Of a DNA stretch of 64,000 bases, positions 13,655 to 25,600 are shown piece after piece (the stretch's first letter is position 1; each line of letters begins with the position of its first letter). Below the pieces are notes generated by a model. The model was not told the origin of the DNA, searched no databases, and worked only from the letters and a program-made list of their open reading frames with translations. This DNA comes from Orbicella franksi. Its lineage: Eukaryota. The stretch lies in assembly GCA_964199315.1 (NCBI GenBank), contig OZ116698.1, positions 10,416,001 to 10,480,000 on the forward strand. Direction: 5' to 3'. The position numbers and the translations under genes were made by a program.

Positions 13655-13687
<33 letters not shown>

Positions 13688-16600
13688 CTTAATTCACACT
13701 ATTCAGGTACAAAAGAAAGGTAAGACAAAAAGAGAAACTATAGAAAACGTAATGATAGAGATTATATAACTATATGTTCAATTTGAGTCGGTGTGCAACA
13801 GCCGAAGTAGCAAAGCTTTCGAGTTGGTTGCGGCTTATTTACAAATAAAGAAAGGAACGAACGAAGGAAACAAATAATCCATCAAACCGAAGCCTGGTGC
13901 CCAACCATTCGTATGAAAATGAGTTTAATTTGCATGTGAATCAAATCTCATTTATCCGTTTAAAAATGAAGTGCGGGAACACTGATGGCATTGACGGTTC
14001 GTATGAGGTGGTGAGTATGGAAAAACTCTTCTTATCATGGTCTGGGGATGATGCAAAACACTGTGATTATCGCGTACCTTTCTGTTGGTCGGGTTCTCAT
14101 AGCATAGAGAACATTCAAAAGCCTGTGGTGAAACAAAAGAAAAATCGTGTTAAAGAACAAATTCTCCTTATTTGCCTCCATGTACAAGACAAGCCACAGG
14201 TGTAGTTTTACACTTGAGCTTCACAGCTACCAATCTGACTAGCCTCTGATGCATCTATGTGAACTTTGTTCTGGCACCCTTCCATAATAAAATAAATAAC
14301 ATGGTCAAGAGACAGCAACCTTCCATAATGGAAGGGTGCACCGTTTCATAATAAAATAATTAAGATGATCAAGTGACAAGGGGCTATTCACCCTAAATTA
14401 GTTATACTAAGCCCGGCTTGGTTGATCTAACAGTTACAAACATTAAATGCTTGATCAAATGCGTGAGCAATTCGCAAGAAAAGCTGTTGTAATTTTCACT
14501 GACCTGGGCTGGAGGAGAGGCATAAAACTCGTCATCAAGAACTCTGAGATCCTTTTGGTGAACCTCCCATGATTCACCCAGATCCAGCAGTCTGATATAA
14601 ATCTAAAAAATCAGCAAAGTGTTTAGTTAGATAAGCTGTTTTGACACTAGAATTACCATACTGTGGTCTGGATCTAAATACTTTCAATGATATAAGTGTG
14701 TTAAAAGCCAGAAATAAAGTGAAGATCTTAATCCTTTACGGACAGTGCTTTTCTTGTCTTCCGGGTTGGTGCAGACGCGGTTCCCGAGGTTCCTTACCCC
14801 GTCTGTTACTTTACGGGAAGTAAAACTAAGCCAAGGAAACATGTTCCATTAAGACGCACAACATGAGATGACGACGTCATATCACGATGGAATGACGTCA
14901 TGATTCCCGAACAGCCGCCATCTTGGATCCGCCATATTGGATTTCTTTACTTTCCCAGGCCGTCAAAAGTAAACAAAATGAGTCAACCCTTACGCCGTCG
15001 AATCGAGACAAAAGCCTTCAGCTACGAGACATAATTTAACAACCTACTTACCTTCCCTTGATCGAGGGTTTTCTCCACCAGTGCTCTGTACCAGTAATCG
15101 TCCAGTCCCTTCACAGCGCACTGCTTGTAAAGGTGGATTTCGCCAGGATCAAGAGGTCTATTTTTGGCTTTAATGTGAGCCCTAATGAAGACATAATTAC
15201 TGAGCCCACACTGGAGAACAACTTCAAATGATGATAGTATCTTTCATATCTGCACTTTATTACTTAACTAATGATGAAATTCAAATGTTTTGTTCAAGGA
15301 GAAGTCTACGAATTTACAGTAAGTCGTAAATGGACATCTGTTAACACAACAAAAGACTACTTTAAAAGTATAAGCTTTGACAGATGTGAATAACTGGTTC
15401 AATCGTACTTCATTTTCAAGAGTCATTTCTTTAATTCCTTCAACAGTTCACTTGAATCTGGGATCTTCAAACCAGCAAGTAATTATTCTGTAAAACGAAT
15501 GATGTCAAAAGCTGTTTCCTTTCCTCAAACCAACAGCCTACAAAGCTCCTCAGCTGTGATAGCATAAGGCCGCTTTGATATGCGTTGGGGGTTACAAAAC
15601 TCATTGTGGTCTCCCCAGGACCAATAACTGGCCTTTTGATAGCCTGTGAACAATTACTGCCGGCTCTTAGAGTCAGGATTGGAGTAGTCTGGCCTTTCCT
15701 TTTTAGTGAACTTTCGTCCTCAGGCAATAACAGACTGGTACACGAATGTAGTGGTTTGGCAAATACAGTACATGTAATTGTAGAACAGCACTAACCCCAT
15801 CCGCTCCATGTCATCCACAAAGCAAGCTTCCTCCTTACTGGTTCTCACAACACGAGCCCAGAAAGTCCCGCTGCTGGACATGCTCTCTGTGGCCACAATC
15901 CAATGCTCCTTGCCTGTAAATTAAAAAAAAAAAAAAGAAAAATAGAATATTTAGAAAAGGAAGCCACAACAGACTTAGCTGGTTTTCATGCAGGCCCTTT
16001 ATCCTGGTCGAATTGAAATTTGGAGTGTTCGTTTATACGGAGGGAGGAAATTCGGAACCCGGGCAACATTGGTGAGAGGCAAGCGCTCTCACCACTGCAC
16101 CATCCCTGCTCCCCAAATGAGCATGACGTGATTAAAAGGTAAATGAAATAAATTTTGCCATGTTCCTTAAAAGACTGTTACACTCTGATATCCTTGCCAA
16201 TATTTACATTCCTGTGAAAAATGACAACAGTGAAGAAAATAATTATTAAAAACCCAACAGGCTTGATGCAAATATTAAATGATTCCATGTATGGCCTTGT
16301 TATAATCTGACATTGAGGGCATCTGCAAGCCCTGTGGGGAGTTTAAAGATTCACATTTCAGCGGACCAGGGCTGTCTGCTGCTTAATGGTTCCCTGTAAG
16401 ATCTTGTTATAATCCGACATTGAATGTGTGTAGGGCTTGTGGGGATTGTCAGGGACCAACGACAGAAATGAGGAATCGCCAAAACAAAACCACAGGGCTG
16501 ATATGCGGAGCCGAGGGCAGCCATAACAGCAGCTTGAAACAAGTGCACCAGCACCAAGAATGCCCCCACCCTGTTTAGTTTTTCTATGAACCATCCTGAA

Positions 16601-19600
16601 TGCTGCTGTTGTTGTAGTTGTAGTTAACTTAATAGAGCAGTGTTCAATTGCGTGTCAAAAAAAAACTCAGGAAATTACTTTGTTATACCTCCCAACACAA
16701 ATACATTTTCCGACTGGAGAACATGCCACGTGTCGGGGGTCAAAACTCACTAACTCCCTAGAGCAAACAAAACTCACTAACCCCCTAGGGAAACAACAAC
16801 TTGAACTTTCGACTCGCACGTGATCAGGTCATGCTCCTTGAAACCGCGGCAAATTTGTGAGCCAGCCGGCGTCAAACAAACGATTTCTTCGCGGTTTTTT
16901 TTTCTTTCTATTTTTGAGTTGGGCGGTATAACAAAACACTTAATGACTGGTCCCGCGAGAAACAGTGAGTTTTGTTTCCCCTCGACCTCAATGTTCCCCT
17001 CGGCTTCCCCTTGGAGAACATTGAGGGTCTCGGGGAAACAAAACTCACTGCTTCCCTTGGGGCCAGTCATTAAGTGCTTGTTGGTTTTGACTTTAGTTTT
17101 ACTACCTTTTGAGATTGGGTGAGTAGTCTAGTTGGTACATAATAGATCATAGTCATATTTTCGGTATTAGACTGGAACTAGCTTTTAACTGAGGCTAATG
17201 CAGGGAGTCTTTTCAAAGAGGTTTTATACCTTTCCAATGATATTCCCCCCCATGAACCTCCACTGCAAGCTAGTTCCAGCCCAACACCAAAAATATGAAC
17301 ATGGTCTATTGGTTTGGTTTTAGTTTAATAACACTCTAAATGATGCAATCCTGACCTATTTCTACCGGCAAATCTTCGCAGTCTGAGAGCAACTCCTCTG
17401 AGCTTCCACGGGAAAGGACTTCTTGTGAACACAAGTCGTTCAAAACAGGGTTATGTTTGTCTTGTACCTCACCATTTACATGACCTTCTGATACAGATGA
17501 ACCCCCTGAGGAGACAGTTTAAGGATCAAATAGAACCCATCGTACAAACCACCTGCAGGTCAATTGGTTAGTATTTAAACAATCTTATGACTGTCAGCTG
17601 CCATTTATATTTCACCTGAGTCACAATGTGGCCAGTCTTTCTAATCCAGATTATACAAACAATAATAAAAAAAAAAACAGCAGTGGATGAAAGCAGTTGG
17701 GAATGAGTAGACAGTGAATCATTTATTACAAAAAGAAGTACTATACTCTTCATTGGCTGTAATCTCAAGGCAAAGAGCAATAAAATCTGGCAGGGGGGTG
17801 GGGAGGTTCATTTAAGGCCAGGCACTGGGCAAATTGACCAGCTAAGAGGATGACTTTGCCGGCTGGTTTGACTATCCAGAGGAAGATGTTCTGCCAGCCT
17901 GTGAAAAACCAGTTGCCCTCCCGCTGAACACATTATTTAATGAAATCGCTGACAACATTTGTTGAAAGAATATGGAAACACATCAAGACAATTTCCCTAC
18001 CTGCCACAATGTTGTTGTCATCACATACTACATCAATGAGAGATGGATCAGCAGAGGACCAAGAATATGCCTCATCCTCAACTCCTGAAAAGCTGTATGA
18101 ACTAGGCACAGTATGAATTGACTCAAGAGCTGGGTCATGATAACCATCCTGTTTGAGTTCTGAAAAACAAACCAACACGCTTTACAGGGCTGTCAATAAG
18201 GGCCGTAACCCATAGCACCTGTTACAGCTGAGCATGCTTGATGGGCCCTTGATATTTCAGGTTAACTTGCCTGTAGTTGATACAATTCACCCATGCCGTA
18301 ACAAGTTTGTTACAGCTGTGAAGATCAAGGCTACAAATGAATCAAAACTTAGTGACAGCCCTGTTTTAAATGGCAAACATTTGTGGAAAAAACTTCCCAC
18401 TGAAGTGACAGACCAACCCAGTGTTAAGGGGTTTGGGACCAATTTTGCCACTTTTTTACCCCAATAGTGATCTAGTTACATTTATTCTCTAGTTTGTTTT
18501 CCTTTACTTCTGCAGTAATGGGTTAATCCCTTTGCAGATTACTGATGAAGATGTAGATGGATGTCTGCAGTTATTATTATGTGAAACAGCTAAAACTTGA
18601 ACAGTACTAACAGAAACTGTCATTGTCACACCTACCGAACTGCCACATGAAAGGCAAAGGATGGTGCACTCAAGTGAAGCAATAAATCAACTGACACTTG
18701 TTTGCTGTTGACAATTGCTGCTGTTGGTACTAGTGGAACAAACTGTCTCACAGGCAGTTCTGATACAGTAGAAAAGCTAAAACTTCCATACATTTTAAAT
18801 ACTGGAGACTCCCCAACACATACAGTAGCCTTAGCCTTTTATCCTAAGATTCTCATTAAAATTCTCCATAACAAGGGTAGACTGTCTCATTCAGTTACAC
18901 ATACAAATACTAGTTGACACATTTTGGAAACATGTCAAGACAAATTCCCTACCTGTGTCACTGGCCACAATATTGCTGTCATCACACTTTGTCTACCGCA
19001 AATGGGTCAAGTGCGGGAAATCCACCCTTGATCCATCCCTAGTAGACAAAGTGTGAGATAAATACTACACACACTGTCTACCTCGGATGAATCTAACCCT
19101 AATTCACAATTACAGTGCATGAGTAGACAGTGAATGCATTTATTTAAAAATACAATGTTTATACTATACTCTTGATTGGCTGTATTCTTAGGGCAAAGAG
19201 CAATGGTATTAGTTGAGGGAATATGGAAACACGTCAAGACAATTTCCCTACCTGTGTTACTGGCCCCAATGCTGCTGTCATCATCCACTTCATCAACCCC
19301 TAGGGATGGATTAACTTCAGACTCCCCCCAAGGATCAAGTTCATCTTCATTAGCCTCAACTCCTGAAGAGTTGCATGCACGAGGCACAGTATGAAGTGAC
19401 TCATCAGCTGAGTCAAGATAACCATCCTGATTTTGTTCTAAAAAACCAAACAATACTTTTTAAATGGCAAAAAAATGTCTAAGTCCACCATCAATTATTG
19501 TTATGTGAAAGAGCTGAAACTTAAACAGCACTGACAGAAGCTGTCATCAGGCTTTTCATTTGAAAAGTGGCCATCCAAAATGTACTATAGGGCCTACTAA

Positions 19601-22600
19601 AATGAGCAATTTATAAGACAACATATGAAAAATAAAACAATTTTCTTTAGAAAGTGGCCATCCACAGGATGCCTGGACACTCATCTGGCTAAAAGCCTGG
19701 CTGTCATTCATCAAACCCACTGAACAGTCACATAATAAACTATCCTCAGTACTAAAAGCTTTCTGACATATCAGGGCTGTGTTCTACAAATGCCCAGGTG
19801 CCATGGACAACTAATATTTGTCTTTGGGTGACTTGAAAAACCTACTTTTTTACATAAGCTTACACACGTATGTGCTGGCCACCCAGGATTTCATGGTTAG
19901 GAACCTTTGGGATCCTCATAATTTTTCATAGACCACAGCCTCACTAAATTTTGGACTATTCTTGTTCTTCTCCTACACAGAGACAATACTTTTGCACCGG
20001 GGCAAATCTGATTCTGAGCTTGTTTAAAGTATATTTACAAAGATCAGAACCGGGTTGGGCTGTGTGCTCAGATGTAAAAGAAAAAACAAACTAGAAGCAC
20101 CAGTTTCAAAGTCAATCTCACCAGTAGGTTCAATCTTGTGATCTTCGTTAACATCTTCCTGTCTTTCCTTGGGGGGTGAGCCTTCAGCTTCCATTTCTTG
20201 AGAGCTTGGTAGACTAGCCTCTACAAGGCTTTGACCTTCCATTGAGCCAACAGAAAAAAGGCCTACATCTTCATCTGGACCTTTTATCTGCTCATCATAG
20301 CCTCCTTGCAGCTCTGGAATAGCACATGTTCCTTCTTGGTCATGTGTGTCATCAGAATTAGTAATGACTTCTTCGCCATCACTTGCTGTCACACTGTCGC
20401 CATCACTGGACACAATTTCTTTGTTCTTAATAGAGAGAACTGGACCACAGCTAGTAGCAGCTGATGTGTCAGCTTGCAAGCTTGCTTCCTCTGGAGATGA
20501 ATCTGTAACAACTTCAGACACAACAGAGAAATCTGTTTCCACAGTTTCAGGTGGAATGTCTTTTGGTGCCTCTTGTGCACTGCTTTCATCCACCTGGTCA
20601 ACCTCAGAACACTTGGCAGCTTTCAAGTTGTCCTCAATCTACAAAAACCAAATGCAAATTGCAAACTTGACCGCGTGGCTACAAAATCAAAAGAAGTATC
20701 ACACAGGCTTAAGAAGTGGTAGCCTGCGAGAGCATCCAGTTTTTTTTTTGGCTTGTTTCATGGACCAAGGAAAAACCATCTGCGAAACCAAGCCACAGAT
20801 TGGTTTACGTGACAAAATGATAATGTCGAACTACATACACGTACGTGTAAGTTTAAAAGGTTTAAATAAAAAATGAAACATTCAACCTACACGTATAAAG
20901 ATGTTACAAATTGTACAGTGTCATTACCAATCCAGTTCCATCTGAGCTTGTTGTACCATACTGCATATACAAGGTATATGGTAACCTTCAATTATATATA
21001 ACCAGGGCAAGTTATAAGTACAAATATGTACTTGCCTCTTGGTCCCAGTCTTCCTGTGATGCTGGCAAACCATTGCTGGTTTCTTCAGGAGTATTCCACA
21101 AGGGTCCAGCATGAGTATTATTCAAGGGCTCAGCATCATAGCTTTTCCTGTCTCTGTTCTCTTGATCAGCAAGGTAGAACTGGTGATCCTTCATCGCTTG
21201 TTGTAAAATGGACTCAAAATTACCACTTGAGTCAAATGCACGAACAATCATCTGTCCAAGCCTGTTATTAATTTCATAACCATCGGCAGCTTCCTCAAGA
21301 TACCTCCTTGAGAAACCACAATTAGGTGTGATCACATCGGCAAAATAAACATTGCTTGCGTAGATCCACTTTATATCGCATCTTCCAGTCATCTTGCTAC
21401 CAAATTTAAATGGATCATTGAGCTTTGGGCAGCTCTTTGTAGAGTCAACAGCTGATACCATTTCAGCCATCCCACAAAACATAGAAGTTCTTATTCCTGA
21501 GAACAAGAGGAAAACAGGACTCTGGTCTCTGCGTGCTGCTTCACCAAAGACACGATTTAACTTTTGGTTGGCATAGGCTGTGGAACACCAAATGTTGAAC
21601 TTCATGCCCTCCACAATCCTCCTGATATCAGACCTGATCATCAAAAATCGTGCTCTGGGTAAGTCCTCCTGGCAAATCAAATTGAAGGAACATTTGGTCA
21701 GGATGTGGTTATAAGTTGTAAAGTCAACACATCCAGCCGGCAAATGAGTATCTGTCACTGCATTGTTAAAGCCGTCAAATGCATTTACAGGCATCACAGT
21801 GACTGCTTCATCCTGTACTGGCAGGTGTAGAATACCAGGAACACTATTTTGCTCCAGAGCAGAGTGAAGAGGAACCTTCTTCGACAGTCCTTCACGTTCA
21901 GGAGAAACCGGAACAAACTCTGCTGCTTCAGCACGAAGTACAGGCTTATCACCACCCACATTATCATGCTCCTCAACAGGGACATCTATTTTATGAACAT
22001 CAGCAGCAACTTGATCAGTAACACCAGTCTCAGTGTTTGTCTTTGCCAATGTCTCCTCTTCTTCAGATGTACTGCTATTAGCATCCATCTTTGGGACAGT
22101 GTCTTGTACAATGTTGCCTGGTGTCACTGTTTCTGAAGTATGTTGTTTGACAGTGTTGTCTCCACCAACAACTTCCACAGTTTGTACCTTTTCTGCTTTT
22201 GGCTGAAGAGGACGATCCTGAAGAAAAAAATCATTAACACGTATTGTTTAGATCACGATTAACTGTTTAACCTTTAATTAACAAACATTCTTTCCCATCG
22301 GGAAAAAGCAATGATTTGCATCCAAATAAACAGGAAGGACAAACTCTCACCCCTAATCCATGTTTTTGGTCTTCCACTGAAATGTTGACAAAAAGAGTTG
22401 AGTTACATGACTTGTATGGTCATAAAAATTATTATAATAAGTTAATCATAATATTCACCATGACCAGAACAAGAGACAGAGTGGAGGATGGGCAATGGTC
22501 TCATCTGTAAACAAGCCTCTAAGACAGTGTATAAATTTAAACATAAGTGATAGTGGTCAATTGTGTGCCCAGTAACCTACAGCTGTAGTATCCCAACCAA

Positions 22601-25600
22601 GTTGATGTAAAATATATAAATTATAAGCTGAGAACTGGCATTATGTGTCTAATTTGAGCTGGTACATGTAGTTTCAACAGGCCCTTTGAACAACCTGCTC
22701 ACTTGGTACAGGCTCAGCCATGCTAGGATGCAAGTGGCACAGTGGGATTTCCAAAACAACTTAGAAAGTCAAGCATTGCTTTGTTTTGGATATCCCACTG
22801 CATGACATGTGGCTCAGCATGGCAGATTTGTACAATGTGATGTGGTCATGCAAGGGACCTATGTGTCATAATTATACTCCTCTCCAGCTGCAATGTAAAA
22901 TACAAAAAAAGTTGAAAAGCAAAATAGCAAAACCCAAAGTTTAAGAAGAGCTGCTGTGACCCACCTAATTTTGCAACTTTGCTGTTGATACAAACTGGAA
23001 TCTCGCCACATGAACCCAGCATCACATGATAAAGCTCACGGCCTTTCTTATCAGTGACCTATTGAGTGGCAGAAAATAAAAACTAAAACCCAGCAAAAGA
23101 ATATGTACATTGATATTAATTATCAGACGACATTGATAAGATACCCAATGGTAACAGATCCAATAAAATTGAAACTCACATCCATTATATGACTGCCTTA
23201 ATTTGATAATCTAAGCACAGGTACAAATTGCACCGTCAGGTACATTGGATACACATACTGTTACCAACGCTAAGTTTGAGATTTCTGTTCATCTTAAAGG
23301 GTATTTTGGGGGGATATTAGATCTTGCCTTCACTGTACATCTCAGTCATGTATCTCACATGTATCTGTTAGACCCGACCCAATCTCCGGTAGAGCACTGT
23401 TGTTATTACCTGGCCTTCCACTGAAGCCATCAGAATCTTGTTGAAAGTAAAGTCTTTAAAGCACCACTTGGCCTGAAAAGCATAAGAATCAAATTATTAA
23501 CTATGTAGGAAAACATGAAGGCCTTTCATGTAGAGCCACACACACTCGTAAGAGAATATAATTGGATGGAAAACTACCAAAAAATTACATCTTAAGTGTG
23601 GTGGAAAGCAAATTATATTAGTAGTCTCTGTCATACACATAAATATTTTCTCTTCTATCAAAGTTGTATTCAAATTATTGCAACCACTTCTGTAACTTTG
23701 AATTCAATCACTTTTTATGTTTCAAACTTTCCTTGCATTAACAAAAATATGATTTATTAATACACCCTTGTACATTGTATCAGTCTGTCCCCATCCAACC
23801 AGAGTTCAAACAACAGCATACATGTTCTTTCAAGTGAACGATGACAAGAAAGATTTGCATTACCTCATAAGGAAGTTGTGTTTCTGGATCAGGAAGTAAA
23901 CAACACTCCAATGCCTACAAGAACAAAAAACACTCTTGGTGATCATTTTCACCTTAATTTTGGCATGATACAATGTACTGCTGCATGTAAGATGCTATAA
24001 ATTACTACACAGTCATACTAATGACTATACATTTGTTACTATTAAACATCTTGTTCTCTGTTTATACAACCCTCAGACTATTGAATTTCACAACAAAATA
24101 TACATTAAAATAAGTAATGTAAAAAAGGAACAATAAAATAAAAACTCACAAAATGCAGGAAGTGCCTAACAAAAATTACCACTTTGTAGAGTCTGCTTAG
24201 AAAGTATGTGTTGCAAAAAATGTCAGTTTATTTAATAGAATGGTGCCCAACAAACACCATTGATAATGATACAACCCTTGACTATACAACTATACCTGAA
24301 ATGAAATATCAACCACATCTAATGGTAGTTGACAAAGGCTTGAAGGTGAGAACTCGTCAACAATTCCCAAGTCAAGGAAACGGAGCCTTGCCTAGAAACA
24401 CAGTATTGTAAAAAAAAAGGATAATGTAACATTCAGAGAAATAGTTTACCATGAAACATCACAATTTTAAAGCATCTACAAGTAAATCAGTAATATCAAT
24501 TTAGCATTGTAATAGTCAGTGTATGCATGTAACAAGCACCACCTGGGTACCAGAGGTTTTTACTTTCTCATATTGCAGGATACCTTGGATCAGCCAAAGG
24601 TTGACATGGTTGCCAACAGAGTGCATCTTGGGATACAAGCGATTGGAGTTTTTGGCATATAATGGCGTGCACAGTGCCAGTGCTGATATATAAACGCTTA
24701 ACTACATAAGGTGACTTGGTGTCACATCTATGACTTCTTAACTTTGCCCCCATTTTATCCCATATTGAATACTGTATCCTGGCTGATAGCGGGTATCTTA
24801 TGGGATCCGTTTGAGTCCAAAGTTTCCCAGTGAACATAATACTAACTTAGAAAATTGGGATTATTTGAGCAGAGCAACAGGGGACTTTGCCTGCTTGCCT
24901 GGCTTTTGTTACCCTTGGTGCCAGAGGTTTTTTGTTTTTCGTGGTGAAGCTGCAAACAGTGAGCTGTGATACTGCAATTTTTGCAGTGGAATTTAAAAAG
25001 CCTTGGTGTGTCTTTGGCGTGGAAGTCTTGTGGAATGCACCCTAGGTTACCAGTGACACAGCTGCAAGGAAAAACCTCTATGCTGGAGTGCATAAACTTC
25101 CAGTTGATGTCTGTGATTGAAAATATGTCTGTGCTTGAGCACTCTATTAAAGACTTGACTGAAATCAGAAACTATGCATGAAAGGCATCTGGCACCCAGA
25201 ATGGACAAGGACAGTCAAGCGCTGCACAATCAAAACTTTATATGTATGTGCTTCACAGTGCCTTACTAACTGTACGACCATCCTAGCACTGAAAATCAAC
25301 TGGAGTAATCAGTATGCAGCATTCCCAATGTGTAAAGCATGTGCATCCCTACAAACCCCTTCATACAAATATAAGTTAGTACACAAAGATGGATTATTGT
25401 GGTAGGTGTAATTTGCTAATTAAAAAAAGATTTCTGCAAGTTTACCAGATATAACAACCAAGGGGTTTAGTAAAGAAATACACCACCAATAATTTGTGTG
25501 TAAAAAATGTGTGTGTAGAAAATCTTTACTTACCATGCCAGAGGTCGTAACAAGCTCAATCCTGGTTCGGCAGAATTCTTTGACTTGTCTATGGCGGACT

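Noticed and set aside
15467-15727. 86-aa minus ORF in phase with a Tudor2 exon
   Set aside because: It ends in a stop with no good donor. The exon at 15181-15052 supplies the true Tudor core (YWYRALV) in the same phase.
16351-16594. Two overlapping minus-strand ORFs inside the Tudor-YTH gene
   Set aside because: No splice sites compatible with the phase-1 chain; not needed for the reading frame.
22704-22760. Possible extra 57-nt in-frame exon (VVLEIPLCHLHPSMAEPVP) in the Tudor-YTH gene
   Set aside because: Phase-compatible but with a weak acceptor; left out of the model until reads support it.
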